Assembly (NCBI GenBank): GCA_965219385.1
Contig: CBDCNM010000001.1
Coordinates: forward strand, 980,631-1,044,630
Source of the DNA: Candidatus Latescibacterota bacterium
GTDB lineage: Bacteria; Latescibacterota; UBA2968; UBA8231
DNA: 64,000 bases
Reading direction: 5' to 3'
Made by a program: the position numbers and the translations under genes. The number at the start of each line of letters is the position of its first letter. The stretch's first letter is position 1. Under the pieces are notes generated by a model that was not told where the DNA came from, made no database searches, and saw only the letters and a list, made by a program, of their open reading frames with translations. Below are positions 20,000 to 30,492 of this stretch, piece by piece.

Positions 20000-21115
20000 A
20001 TGTCCAGCCCAATTGGCCGTCCCGTACTTGCCTGCTGTTTTGCCTTTGTTCTTGCTGTGCCGCCCTTTCCGCTTCTGGCCGAACCCTATATAGCCTTTCG
20101 GGAGGGCTATGCCTGTAGTAGCTGTCATGTCAACCGCACAGGTGGAGGCATGCGCAATGAGTTCGGAGAGCTGTTTACCCAGACGGATATCTCCCCATTG
20201 ATGCAGGAGGCCTCCGAGAAAGCCATGGATTTTTCGCCCGAGGTGGGTACCAGCATCACCCTTGGAGCTGATTTCATGGCCGTGCACGAAATCTTCTTCC
20301 CAGTGGATGACCAGCAGGACTCCAAAAACTCCTTTGATATACCCAGTGGCAATCTGTACCTGGAGGCCCATCTGGTGCCCGAGGTGCTTTCTCTATACCT
20401 GGATGAAACTGTAACTCCGGCGGGCGCCAGCAGTCGCGAGGCATTTCTCCTGCTGCAGTCCCTGCCCTGCAGCGGCTATCTCAAAGCCGGCCGCATGCTC
20501 CTCCCCTATGGCATCCGGGTCTGGGATGACGAAACCTTTACCCGGCAGGTGACAGGCTTCAACTACGACAACCAGGATATGGGAGTGGAGGTCGGCATCC
20601 AACCTCGCAACCTGACGCTTAGCATGGCCCTTAGCAATGGGACCCAGGGAGGACGCGACAGCGACAACGATAAACAGATCTCGTCCGTGGGGTCGGTATA
20701 TCTCAATAATGTGGTTGTGGGAGGATCGTTCTCGTGGAACAAGTCGCGGGGGATAAAACGACTGGTATTCGGACCTTACGGCAGTGTAAAACTAGGGGCA
20801 CTGACCCTTCTGGGAGAGGTGGACTGGGTGCAGGACTCAGAGGAGTCGGGTGATTTTGAACAGGATCAGTTCCTCTTTTTCACCAGCCTGAATTATTGGC
20901 ACCAACACAGCGTGAATTTTCGGGTAGCCTTCGACTTTCTCAACCCCTACAAAGACATCGAAGAGGATGAAAAGAGCCGCGCTACCCTCGGGGTTCACGC
21001 CTTCCTGACTCCCTACCTGGAAGCAAGTGCCTTCTACAGGCTCAGGGACAGCATTCCCCAGGATGTGCAGGGCAACGTCAATACCTTCACCCTGGCCCTG
21101 CATTCCTTCTTCTAA
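20000..21115 (+). CDS. Monoheme cytochrome c fused to a probable outer-membrane beta-barrel (Cyc2-like architecture)
   Basis: Signal peptide, single CSSCH near mature N-terminus, alternating beta strands, terminal Phe. Confidence 0.7.
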   Translation: MSSPIGRPVLACCFAFVLAVPPFPLLAEPYIAFREGYACSSCHVNRTGGGMRNEFGELFTQTDISPLMQEASEKAMDFSPEVGTSITLGADFMAVHEIFFPVDDQQDSKNSFDIPSGNLYLEAHLVPEVLSLYLDETVTPAGASSREAFLLLQSLPCSGYLKAGRMLLPYGIRVWDDETFTRQVTGFNYDNQDMGVEVGIQPRNLTLSMALSNGTQGGRDSDNDKQISSVGSVYLNNVVVGGSFSWNKSRGIKRLVFGPYGSVKLGALTLLGEVDWVQDSEESGDFEQDQFLFFTSLNYWHQHSVNFRVAFDFLNPYKDIEEDEKSRATLGVHAFLTPYLEASAFYRLRDSIPQDVQGNVNTFTLALHSFF

Positions 21116-21134
21116 GAGAAGACAGGTCAGGCCC

Positions 21135-22229
21135 CTACATGCGAAACAGGAATTGAATTATATCTCCGTCCTGGACAACATAATCTCTTCCCTCGGTTCG
21201 GACCTTGCCTTCATCCCGCAATTGCCCCATACTTCCGGTGGTTTCCAGGTCCTTGAAAGTAGCGACCTCTGCCCTGATGAAGCCCTGTTCCATATCAGTG
21301 TGGATTCTTCCCGCCGCCTGGGTTGCCACCCTACCATGAAGCAACTGCCAGGCTTGTAACTTCTCGTTAGCCAGGGTGTAAAAGATAATTAGATTCAACA
21401 GGTTATAACCGGCCAGAACAAGCCGATCGAGACCTGTTTCAGGCAACCCCAGATCCGCCAAAAATTCCTGCCTGTCCTCAGGAGGAAGCTGGACCATTTC
21501 CGCTTCAATCTGGGCGGATATGGCTATAACCTGATCCCGGCCAACCTGTGTCCCAATTTCCGAGGCCCAATTTCCCCCCTCTCCTGCCGCCTCTTCCTCC
21601 GAGACATTGGCCACGTAGAGTACAGGTTTCGTCGTGAGGAATTGATAGTCGCGGATGGCATCCTGTTCATCAACCGCAAGTCCGAGACCGCGTACAGGCA
21701 CGCCTTGGTGCAGCCCCGCTTCCACTTTCCTGAGGGTCTCAAACTCCAGCCGACGCAGCGGATTACTTTCTGTTTGAACGATTTTTTCCAACCTCGATAA
21801 CCCATTCCCCAGGGTTGCGATATCCGCCAACATCAATTCCACCTCCACCGTCTGCATATCCCTCAAAGGATTGACCCTCCCATCCACATGGGCTACCTGG
21901 GGATCCTCAAAGCAGCGCAGAACGTGCACTAGGGCATCGGCTTCCCGCACCAGCCCGAGAAAGGCATTGCCCAGCCCTTCACCTTGACTGGCCCCGCGTA
22001 CCAGGCCGGCGATATCCATAAACTGAATACTGGTTGCGGTGCAACTCGCGGGCCTTAAAATCTCATTCAGTCGTTCCAGGCGCTGGTCTGGCACCTCGAC
22101 CACACCTACATTGGGCTCTACCGTGCAAAAAGGATAGTTCGAAGCTTGGGCGGTCCCATGGGTCAAGGCGTTAAAAAGAGTGGATTTACCGATATTAGGT
22201 AGGCCGATGATGCCAATAAAGAGTGGCAT
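21135..22229 (-). CDS. ychF: Ribosome-binding ATPase YchF
   Basis: [28 protein letters not shown]. Confidence 0.96.
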   Translation of the reverse strand: MPLFIGIIGLPNIGKSTLFNALTHGTAQASNYPFCTVEPNVGVVEVPDQRLERLNEILRPASCTATSIQFMDIAGLVRGASQGEGLGNAFLGLVREADALVHVLRCFEDPQVAHVDGRVNPLRDMQTVEVELMLADIATLGNGLSRLEKIVQTESNPLRRLEFETLRKVEAGLHQGVPVRGLGLAVDEQDAIRDYQFLTTKPVLYVANVSEEEAAGEGGNWASEIGTQVGRDQVIAISAQIEAEMVQLPPEDRQEFLADLGLPETGLDRLVLAGYNLLNLIIFYTLANEKLQAWQLLHGRVATQAAGRIHTDMEQGFIRAEVATFKDLETTGSMGQLRDEGKVRTEGRDYVVQDGDIIQFLFRM

Positions 22230-22260
22230 GGTTGCCTTTATGGCTGGTTTTTGTTGTAGT

Positions 22261-22288
22261 TACTTACACAACAAAAATTATGCGTCAT
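22261..22288 (-). other. dif-like Xer site 4 (more degenerate)
   Basis: Minus strand ATGACGCATAA-TTTTTG-TTGTGTAAGTA. Confidence 0.55.
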
Positions 22289-22293
22289 TTTTC

Positions 22294-24009
22294 CTATTCA
22301 TCCTCTTCTGCCGGGAGTGCCGGCTCCACGATGAGGGTCTTTTCCCTCCGCAGGAGTGCCTGTCCCGGGGCGCCCCCCCTGGGTTTGGATACGTACTTTA
22401 CCTGGGTGTACACCACCGGGACCTTCTTGGCGGTCTTTCCCTTGCTCCAATAAGCGGCAATGGCAGCCGCTTCTTCGAGGTTTCTTGCACCCGGCTCTTC
22501 CCTGTGCTCTTCGCGCCGCAGCACTACGTGGGCCCCGGGATAGCCATGGGCATGGAGCCAGATGTCGTTCTGGGCAGCCAGGCGATGGGTTAGCTGGTCG
22601 TTCTCCCTGTTGTTGCGCCCCACCCAAACACTCCACCCCTTCGAGGTGCGATAACGCCGCGGATGGACAGATTCTTGCTGCCGTTTTCTTTTTCTTTCCA
22701 TCTTTTCCGCAAACTCGTTTTTTTCCAACCAATTTTGAATCCCGGCACAATCCACCTCTCCCTCTTCCTCGAACCGCCCTAGGAGGACTTCCACTTCTGC
22801 TAGTTGCACCTCCATTTTCTTTATGCGGCCGGGCAAAATCCGGCAGCGGCGCTGGTATTTCCTGGCGGTTTTCAAAAAATACTTCCCATTATCCGCTGGG
22901 CTACGCCTTGGATTCAGTTCTATTTTTACCGAGGTTGTACCAGAAATGTCGTAAATATCCCGCAGTTCCACCTCCTGAGCCCCAGGCCGCACCTGGGCCA
23001 ACTGGGCCATGAGGATATTGCCTTTTCTTTGCAGTTCGTCTACTGCGCCGGCCTCTTCCAGATCTTGCCGAAGGGCCCGAATCTTTTTTTGCATACTTTT
23101 ACGGGTTTTTATCAGAATTTGCTCTAGGTTCTGCTCCCGTTGCTGGTTACCCGCCGAGCTTCTTCCTCCTTGATAAGCCCGTACAATGGCCTCGCTGATG
23201 GAGGGCAACATCCTACAGTTTTCTTTTTTTCCCAAGGGCTCAAGCGCTGAAAACACCTCCTGGTCTCCTCTTTGCCAGATGAAGCCTTTGGTCCCCCTAA
23301 AGCAGAAGTAGAGTCGGCTGGCTTCCTCCCAAAGCCGTTCCAGGTCCCCCTCAACCGTTTGGGTTGCATCCAACTCAACCGGCAAATTGGCCCGGTGGAG
23401 TATCTCAGGAGCCAGGGTTTTGTCCATGCCGACCACAACCCGAGCCATCAAATCCGCAACTGGACCGTCCCTACCCTGGATTGCGGCCTTGAAATCCGCC
23501 CAACCGTCTTCTCCCGGCAACAACCGCTTTTGCCCTGCGGGAGGTGTATAGTATTGCCCTACAGATATGCGCTGGGGCTTTTTATTTTGCGCTTGTGCAG
23601 CCCACTTTCCCAGAACTTCCCCGGTCTGTTCCCCGATCAGACAAACCTGGCAGTAGGGCCGTATCAGCTCAAAGATTAATTGTCCATAACTGATTGAGCC
23701 CGTTTTATTTTTCCTGCTCAACCTGATGTGAATAATACGGTCTCTCTTCTCTGCCCAGATATCCTCTACCCGGGCTCGATGCAAATACCTTTCTGGACCG
23801 TTTAGTGGAACGGGGTTTTCCGGCTTCAGATCGCCGTGCAAAGCGCACAGATAGCCCTGTGGACCGACCCGGGCGTAGACTTGGGGGCCGCGATCGCATG
23901 AAAACCCCAGACTTTCCGCACTGGACACTGCTGTGGTGATTTTTTTGCCCTTCAGGAGGTCCTGCAACTCGGCAGCAAGCGCCTGTAAAGTGAAATAATC
24001 GAATGCCAT
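22294..24009 (-). CDS. rqcH: NFACT/RqcH (FbpA-like) ribosome quality control protein
   Basis: MAFDYFTL start; VGRNNREND, WLHAHGYPGAHV, AAYWSK. Confidence 0.85.
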   Translation of the reverse strand: MAFDYFTLQALAAELQDLLKGKKITTAVSSAESLGFSCDRGPQVYARVGPQGYLCALHGDLKPENPVPLNGPERYLHRARVEDIWAEKRDRIIHIRLSRKNKTGSISYGQLIFELIRPYCQVCLIGEQTGEVLGKWAAQAQNKKPQRISVGQYYTPPAGQKRLLPGEDGWADFKAAIQGRDGPVADLMARVVVGMDKTLAPEILHRANLPVELDATQTVEGDLERLWEEASRLYFCFRGTKGFIWQRGDQEVFSALEPLGKKENCRMLPSISEAIVRAYQGGRSSAGNQQREQNLEQILIKTRKSMQKKIRALRQDLEEAGAVDELQRKGNILMAQLAQVRPGAQEVELRDIYDISGTTSVKIELNPRRSPADNGKYFLKTARKYQRRCRILPGRIKKMEVQLAEVEVLLGRFEEEGEVDCAGIQNWLEKNEFAEKMERKRKRQQESVHPRRYRTSKGWSVWVGRNNRENDQLTHRLAAQNDIWLHAHGYPGAHVVLRREEHREEPGARNLEEAAAIAAYWSKGKTAKKVPVVYTQVKYVSKPRGGAPGQALLRREKTLIVEPALPAEEDE

Positions 24010-24107
24010 ACCTGTACCTCACCCGTGCCCGTATTCTGCTCAAAGCCGATCAAGCCGGCTGGACCGATACCCACATCGGCCAAGCGCTGGAGGGTGGGTG
24101 CGACGAA

Positions 24108-26879
24108 TCAAGACCCCATCCGTTCCAGGCTGGCCTGGAGTTTGGCAAGACTGGTGCGATATTCATCCTGACGAGACCGCTCTTTCTCGACCACCTCGGC
24201 AGGAGCGTTGCGGAGAAATCCCTGGTTGCCGAGTTTGACTTCCAGCCCTTTCAGCAACCCCTGGAACTTGGCTATTTCCTTTTGCAGACGTTGCTGTTCG
24301 GCCTCCAAGTCAATCAGACCTTCGAGCGGCATGTAGACTTCGACCCCCCTCAACACGGTACTGCCCGAAGCGGGTGGCTGAACCAGGTTCCGTCCGACCT
24401 CCACTTCCTCGGCCCGGGCGAGCAGTTGGATACTGGTGCGCTCCTGGTTCAATAAATCCTCCACTGTATCTACGCTCGTCGAAAGCAGTACCTGGACCCT
24501 CTTTCCAGCAGGGATATTCAAATCCCCGCGGATGGTGCGCACCGCCGTCACCACCTCCTGCAGGGTGTTCATTTCCTCCTCGGCTTTAGCGTCAATCCAG
24601 GCGGAATCAACCGTGGGCCAGGAAGCAACCATGATACTTTGGGGCCTGCCTTCCGGGTCCAGCGGCAAGACCTGCCAGAGGGCTTCAGTGACAAATGGCA
24701 TTACCGGATGCATCATTCTCAGCGCTGCCTCGAGTACTTCAATCAGGGTTTGCTGGGCTTGGAGCCGCTCTTCGGAAGGGCCACTGGAAAAACGAATCTT
24801 GGCCAATTCGAGGTACCAGTCACAATAATCGCGCCATAAAAAATCGTAGAGGGTGCGGGTCACCTCGCCGAAGCGGTATTCCTCCAGGTAGCGGTCCACG
24901 GCTTTAGTGGCATGCACCAGCCTGCTGCGGATCCAGCGGTCGGCCAATTCACTGCCCCTGGAGTGAGCCTTGCCCGGGTCGTAATCCTCTAGGTTCATCA
25001 GCACAAAGCGCGCGGCGTTCCACAATTTATTACAGAAATTACGGCCGGTCTCAGCGCTCAGAGAAGACTGGACCTGATTGTTTTCTATCTCGGCATCAAA
25101 GCGCACATCCTGAACTGCCCCTGCCTGGTGCAAAAGGCTGAAACGGGTGGCATCGGCCCCGTACAGGCCGACCAGATCCAGGGGGTTGAGACCGGTACCC
25201 AGGCTTTTGCTCATGCGCCGGCCGTCCTTGGTCAACACAGTCGGGTGCACGAGAACGGTGCGAAAGGGTATTTCATCGACAAACTCTACGGCCGTCATGA
25301 TCATGCGCAAAACCCACAAATAGAGGATATCCCGCGCCGTGATCATCAGATCCGTGGGATGGAAATACCCCAGCTCCGCCTTTTGTTGCGGCCATCCCAA
25401 GGTGGCAAAAGGCCACAAGGCCGAGGAAAACCAGGTGTCCAGCACATCGGGATCCTGGACCAGGTCCTCCCCCTGGCATTGGGGGCAGAAATCAGGCCGG
25501 TCCCTGGACACAATGGGCCGGGCTCCCTTTTCCAGAGAAACCCTGAAACTGCCTTCTTGTAAGGCTTGTTCTTTTTTGCCGGCCCCCAGGGGAATCAATC
25601 CCTCGGCGCTGCAGGCACTACAGTACCAGGCCGGTATTCTGTGGCCCCACCAGATCTGCCGCGAAAGCGCCCAATCACGGATGTTTTCAAGCCACTCGAT
25701 CGCATAGCCCCGGAACCGTTCGGGAACATAGGTGATATCCCCTCGCTCAAGGTAGGGGAGGGTCTGCCGGGCCAGCGGTTTCATATCCATGAACCACTGT
25801 TCCATAGGCAGGGGTTCGATGATGGTAGAGCATTTGTCATGGTGGGGTACAGCGTGCTCGTGATCTTCCAGCTCGACCAATAAACCTGCTGCCTCCAGGG
25901 CCTCGACCACAGCCTTACGGCAGTGATAACGGTCCTGGCCCGCGTAGTGTCTTGCCTCCCCGGTCATCCGTCCATCGAAACCAATGACCTGGATCTGGGG
26001 TAGATCGTGGCGCTGCCCCACTTCGTAATCGTTCGGAGCGTGGGCCGGAGTGACCTTGACCGCCCCACTGCCCATTTCCGGATCGACATGCTCGTCGGCG
26101 ACGATGGGAATACGGCGTTCCATGAGCGGTAACAGCACTTCTTTGCCAACCGCTTCCTGCCAGCGCGGATCCAGGGGGTGCACTGCCACCCCGGTATCTC
26201 CCAGCATGGTCTCGGGTCGCGTGGTCGCCACCACCGCGTCCGGCCCCCCGTCCACACCGGGATAGCGGAGGTGCCAGAGGTGCCCCTGAATCACTTTCTC
26301 CTCGGTCTCCAGGTCTGATATTACCGTGCCACAATTGGGGCAGTAGTTTATCATGCGGGTACCGCGGTAGATCCAGCCTTTTTCATGAAAACGCTCAAAG
26401 GCTTGCAAAACCGCCTCCACATAGCCTTCATCCAGAGTAAACCGGGCCCGTTCCCAGTCGTAACTGCAGCCCAGCTTGCGCAATTGGTCGTAAATAGCCT
26501 CGCCGTAGCGGTCTTTCCAGGCCCATATTTTTTTCGTGAGTGCATCCCTGCCCAGGTCGTAACGGGTCTTTCCCTCAACCTGTGCCACTTCTTCCTCTAC
26601 TTTCATCTGCGTGGCAATCCCGGCGTGGTCAGTGCCCGGCAGACAGAAGGTTTCAAAGCCCAACATGCGCTTCCGGCGGATGAGCGTATCGTGAATGGCA
26701 TGCTGGATGGCATGTCCCATGTGCAACTCCCCGGTCACATTCGGAGGAGGGATGGTTATGCAATAGGGGTTTTTGTCCTGGGCGACTTGGGCATGGAAAA
26801 ATCCTCGTGCTTCCCAGAAGGTGTACCATTCCTCTTCTACAGCCCGAGGATCGTAGATTTTGGATAAAACCTCGCTCAT
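24108..26879 (-). CDS. valS: Valine--tRNA ligase
   Basis: PPPNVTGELHMGH, GTDHAGIATQ, SRQIWWGHRIP, RMSKS. Confidence 0.97.
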   Translation of the reverse strand: MSEVLSKIYDPRAVEEEWYTFWEARGFFHAQVAQDKNPYCITIPPPNVTGELHMGHAIQHAIHDTLIRRKRMLGFETFCLPGTDHAGIATQMKVEEEVAQVEGKTRYDLGRDALTKKIWAWKDRYGEAIYDQLRKLGCSYDWERARFTLDEGYVEAVLQAFERFHEKGWIYRGTRMINYCPNCGTVISDLETEEKVIQGHLWHLRYPGVDGGPDAVVATTRPETMLGDTGVAVHPLDPRWQEAVGKEVLLPLMERRIPIVADEHVDPEMGSGAVKVTPAHAPNDYEVGQRHDLPQIQVIGFDGRMTGEARHYAGQDRYHCRKAVVEALEAAGLLVELEDHEHAVPHHDKCSTIIEPLPMEQWFMDMKPLARQTLPYLERGDITYVPERFRGYAIEWLENIRDWALSRQIWWGHRIPAWYCSACSAEGLIPLGAGKKEQALQEGSFRVSLEKGARPIVSRDRPDFCPQCQGEDLVQDPDVLDTWFSSALWPFATLGWPQQKAELGYFHPTDLMITARDILYLWVLRMIMTAVEFVDEIPFRTVLVHPTVLTKDGRRMSKSLGTGLNPLDLVGLYGADATRFSLLHQAGAVQDVRFDAEIENNQVQSSLSAETGRNFCNKLWNAARFVLMNLEDYDPGKAHSRGSELADRWIRSRLVHATKAVDRYLEEYRFGEVTRTLYDFLWRDYCDWYLELAKIRFSSGPSEERLQAQQTLIEVLEAALRMMHPVMPFVTEALWQVLPLDPEGRPQSIMVASWPTVDSAWIDAKAEEEMNTLQEVVTAVRTIRGDLNIPAGKRVQVLLSTSVDTVEDLLNQERTSIQLLARAEEVEVGRNLVQPPASGSTVLRGVEVYMPLEGLIDLEAEQQRLQKEIAKFQGLLKGLEVKLGNQGFLRNAPAEVVEKERSRQDEYRTSLAKLQASLERMGS

Positions 26880-27119
26880 CTTTTTAATGGGGATCTATAT
26901 GGACGGTTCGATGGCTTCATTCAGATGGTTAAATATACGGGTTCGCCCCTGTCTTGACAATCCTCTGCTCTCTCCAGGTATTGCCTTTGCATTCAGCGTC
27001 TGTGCCAGCCCAGTTTTGATTTTTCCCCAAAATACCCTTTACATACCCCCTTGGTTTTATCTTTATTTGGTTATTATGGGATCTTCCCTGCTTTTTTAGT
27101 TGTAGATCGGTTCACGCGT

Positions 27120-28025
27120 ATGGTCAATTGGTCCGAACTGCTCACCGAGCAGAGAAATCCGGCCAGCACCCATATTGATGAAGTGTCCACCCTGGAAATG
27201 CTTGAGATCATCAACCAGGAGGATGCCAAGGTAGCGCCGGCTGTAAAGCAGCAACTGCCCGCTATTGCCCGGGCCGTAGACCTGGTCTTTGCCGCCCTGA
27301 AGAATGGTGGCCGGCTCTTCTACCTGGGCGCTGGAAGCAGCGGGCGCCTCGGCGTTCTGGACGCCGCCGAGTGCCCGCCTACCTTTGGCACGGATCCGGA
27401 ACGGGTCCAGGGGGTGATCGCCGGTGGCAAGGACGCTGTTTTTCAGGCCCTAGAAAAGGTTGAGGATGGTCGAACAACAGGGGCCCGGGATTTGCGGGAA
27501 AGCAAACTCTCCTCTCGGGATGTGGTCGTGGGCATCGCCGCAAGCGGGGGCACCCCCTATGTCCTGGGAGGCCTGCGATACGCCCGCGAACAATCCTGTG
27601 GAACCATCCTGCTCACCTGCAGCCCCGGCACCGCTCTCAAGGTCGAGGTGGATGTATTGATTGGACCCAAGGTGGGCCCCGAGGTAATCACCGGGTCAAC
27701 CCGTATGAAGGCCGGCACAGCCACTAAAATGATATTGAATATGATCTCCACCGGAGCCATGATCAAACAGGGCAAAACCTACAGCAACCTCATGGTGGAC
27801 CTTCAGCCCAAGAACGCCAAGCTCCAGGATCGGTCCTTACGCATTCTGTCCGCTTTGACCCGGCTCCCCCTGAATGAGGCCCGCGAATACCTGCGAGAAG
27901 CCCATGGAGACTTAAAATTGGCTCTGGTCATGGCGCTGGGGCGCCTGGAACGCCATGAGGCCAGGACGCAGTTGAAGAAACACGGTGGGGTCGTAAAAAA
28001 CGCCGTAGGCGATACAAACCCGTGA
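27120..28025 (+). CDS. murQ: N-acetylmuramic acid 6-phosphate etherase
   Basis: TEQRNP, GAGSSGRLGVLDAAECPPTF, GSTRMKAGTA. Confidence 0.95.
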   Translation: MVNWSELLTEQRNPASTHIDEVSTLEMLEIINQEDAKVAPAVKQQLPAIARAVDLVFAALKNGGRLFYLGAGSSGRLGVLDAAECPPTFGTDPERVQGVIAGGKDAVFQALEKVEDGRTTGARDLRESKLSSRDVVVGIAASGGTPYVLGGLRYAREQSCGTILLTCSPGTALKVEVDVLIGPKVGPEVITGSTRMKAGTATKMILNMISTGAMIKQGKTYSNLMVDLQPKNAKLQDRSLRILSALTRLPLNEAREYLREAHGDLKLALVMALGRLERHEARTQLKKHGGVVKNAVGDTNP

Positions 28026-28035
28026 GCCTTTCTTA

Positions 28036-28090
28036 GAAGCCGTCTTAAAATTCCTGGTGAGCCCCGAGCCCGGAATTTTAAGACGGCTTC
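28036..28090. repeat. MITE family A copy (55 bp)
   Basis: TIR GAAGCCGTCTTAAAATTCC / GGAATTTTAAGACGGCTTC flanked by TTA direct repeats. Confidence 0.8.
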
Positions 28091-28093
28091 TTA

Positions 28094-29542
28094 GCTCGAC
28101 TTTATCCATTTATGTAGCGTACGAGACGGTGTGTATCAAGCGGTTGAGTAGGCTTCGAGGGATTTTTATCAGGTCGTGTTGGTTGGGCAGGTTGGAAAAA
28201 GCCTGCCAGAGCCGTTGTCGGACCCAGGCCACGGCATCGGAAAAGGTGGGTTTTCGTTTGCCATACCAGGCCGTGGCATGGCAGGGGGAGGCGCTTTTGG
28301 GGGCCAGCCGATTGGCGATGAGGGCGACCAGACTAAACAAGGCCAAGATGACCGGCGTGGTCCGGGCAATGGCCCGCTCATTCCATTGGCGTTGGGTTTC
28401 CATGCCCAGATGGGCGCGGGCTTCCTCAAAGGTAGTTTCTACCGACCAGCGTTGGAGAAAATAGGTCAGCATTTGCCGAGGGGACAGACGCACATCGGTC
28501 GAGAGCAAGGCTTGGGGCGCGAAGCGGCCGGCCGGGTCTCGGATCAGCAGCCAGCGGAGGGGCACGGCGGGCAAGCCAGTGTGATACCACAGCGCCGTTT
28601 GGCTGTAGGTTTCCACTGTATAGGGGCCGGCGGCATACCACCGGTCCAGGGTGAGGGGGTGCCAAGGGGTAGTCGGATCGTTCAGGTGCTGCTGGAGGGT
28701 GGGCTGCCGGGCGCCTTTGCCGCGGGGGCGTCCCCGCGTGTGCGGCGTGCGGGTTGGTGGTGGGTCATACAGGGCCGCATCCAACCGCAAGCGGGTAATC
28801 AGCCCCACGTGGGGCCGAACCGCGTCGAGAAAGGCCAAGGCGGAGAAGGTGCTATCGGCGACCACGACCAGCCGGCGGGTGGGCAGCCAGCGCGCTACCA
28901 GCTTGAGCATAGTCTGCCCCCGTTGCAACAGGGTGAGGGGGGTGCGCTGGCGCTGAGTATAGTAGCGGGCCGACGGACACAGCACACTCATAAAGGGTAA
29001 GGCCCAACTTCGATCCGCCCAAGGGATAGGCGCTACCAGCATCAACGACAGCCAGCGCAAGCCGCTAGCCTTGACCAGGTGGGGCCCACTCGAGCGGACG
29101 GGATCCCGGTAGATGCCTCGGGCCCCAATCTGGGCGCCCCGGCGCCGCTCGATGGTCTCATCCAGGCCCAGGACCAGGGGCCCGTGGGGGGCAAAGGCGG
29201 CCACCAACGCCTGGAGGAGTAGCTTACTGCCGGCCAGGGGCGACCACACACAGCGGTTGAGGATCCGGTGGTAGGTTTGAAAGGTAGGCTGTTGGCTCAA
29301 GCCCAACACCTCCAACACGGCGCTGACCGTGCGTTTACCCGGGGCTAACAGCGCCCCGACCAACAGCGTCTGAGCCTGCGGCCAAACGCGGCTCGAAAAA
29401 AGGGGGGCAAAGGGCGACAAAATCGTTATTATATCTTTCGGCAGGGGGCTCATCGGTTTCTCCTGGGCTGTCGATGCTTGGATACCATCAACAGTACGGA
29501 GGATACCGGCCTCCTGCCATGCGCGTTTGGATAAAATCGAGC
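28094..29542 (-). mobile_element. IS701-like insertion sequence
   Basis: TIRs GCTCGACTTTATCCA / TGGATAAAATCGAGC with TA on both sides; single DDE transposase. Confidence 0.85.
28110..29453 (-). CDS. DDE transposase (IS701-like)
   Basis: GLDET, VADSTF, RWSVETTFEE. Confidence 0.88.
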   Translation of the reverse strand: MSPLPKDIITILSPFAPLFSSRVWPQAQTLLVGALLAPGKRTVSAVLEVLGLSQQPTFQTYHRILNRCVWSPLAGSKLLLQALVAAFAPHGPLVLGLDETIERRRGAQIGARGIYRDPVRSSGPHLVKASGLRWLSLMLVAPIPWADRSWALPFMSVLCPSARYYTQRQRTPLTLLQRGQTMLKLVARWLPTRRLVVVADSTFSALAFLDAVRPHVGLITRLRLDAALYDPPPTRTPHTRGRPRGKGARQPTLQQHLNDPTTPWHPLTLDRWYAAGPYTVETYSQTALWYHTGLPAVPLRWLLIRDPAGRFAPQALLSTDVRLSPRQMLTYFLQRWSVETTFEEARAHLGMETQRQWNERAIARTTPVILALFSLVALIANRLAPKSASPCHATAWYGKRKPTFSDAVAWVRQRLWQAFSNLPNQHDLIKIPRSLLNRLIHTVSYAT

Positions 29543-29554
29543 TAAGGATTTTCA

Positions 29555-30487
29555 ATGAAACTTCAAAGACTCGGGACCACGGATCTGCAGGTCTCTCCCC
29601 TCGGCCTGGGCACCGTGCAACTGGGCATGCCCTATGGCATTGGCCTGCTCCCTCCTCCCTCCGACATAGATTGTGCCCGACTGCTAAACCACGCCCTGGA
29701 GACAGGCATAAATTACTTCGACACAGCGCCAGATTACGGTCGCAGTGAAGAGGTCGTGGGCAAAGCCTTTGCCCATACCAACCCCAAGCCCATCATCGCA
29801 ACCAAATTGGCCCTGCGCAAGCCCCCCCTGCGAGGAGAGGCCCTGCGCCAGCATATCGAAGAATCCGTAGCCCGCAGCTTAAAACATCTGGGCCTTGAAA
29901 CCCTGGATCTGTTGCAAATCCATAACTCCGAGGGCTCTCTCTTGGTCCCCGAGCTCCTGGAGAACATGGACAACCTATCTTCAAAAGGAATAGTAAGACA
30001 CTGGGGGGCGACTACTTACTGGGAATCCGACGCCCTGGATACTCTGGCGATCCCTGGACGAATTCGGACCTTGCAAGTCGCGTACAGCCTGCTCGACCAG
30101 CGGCTTGAAAAAAGGCTCTTTCCCCATTGTAAAAAACAAAAAACCGCTGTGATATTGCGATCCATTTTTCTCAAGGGCGCGCTTTCGCATCGAGCCGGCA
30201 ACCTTCCTCCCGAACTGTCCGATTTGCGTCAGGAATCCCAAAAAGCCGGCCGGATCGCAGACGCAGCCGGAATCAGGCTACCGGCACTAGCCCTGCGTTT
30301 TGTCGCCTTTAACCCCCATGTCCAGATCACCTTGTTCGGCACCACGAGTATTGCGGAAACAAAAGCCAATACAGCCGCTTTCCAGGAGGGCCCTTTGCCC
30401 CTGGATGTAATAGAGCAATTGAACCACCTCAGAGTCGATGACGAACAAATGCTGAAACCAGTGTATCTCACACCAGGTTGGGCCTAG
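29555..30487 (+). CDS. Aldo/keto reductase
   Basis: GINYFDTAPDYGRSE, IATK, DLLQIH. Confidence 0.92.
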   Translation: MKLQRLGTTDLQVSPLGLGTVQLGMPYGIGLLPPPSDIDCARLLNHALETGINYFDTAPDYGRSEEVVGKAFAHTNPKPIIATKLALRKPPLRGEALRQHIEESVARSLKHLGLETLDLLQIHNSEGSLLVPELLENMDNLSSKGIVRHWGATTYWESDALDTLAIPGRIRTLQVAYSLLDQRLEKRLFPHCKKQKTAVILRSIFLKGALSHRAGNLPPELSDLRQESQKAGRIADAAGIRLPALALRFVAFNPHVQITLFGTTSIAETKANTAAFQEGPLPLDVIEQLNHLRVDDEQMLKPVYLTPGWA

Positions 30488-30492
30488 TGTAA

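Noticed and set aside
2447..22288. About 10-kb periodic spacing of dif-like sites
   Set aside because: Only two intervals, one inflated by an IS3, and no further site seen near 32 or 42 kb.
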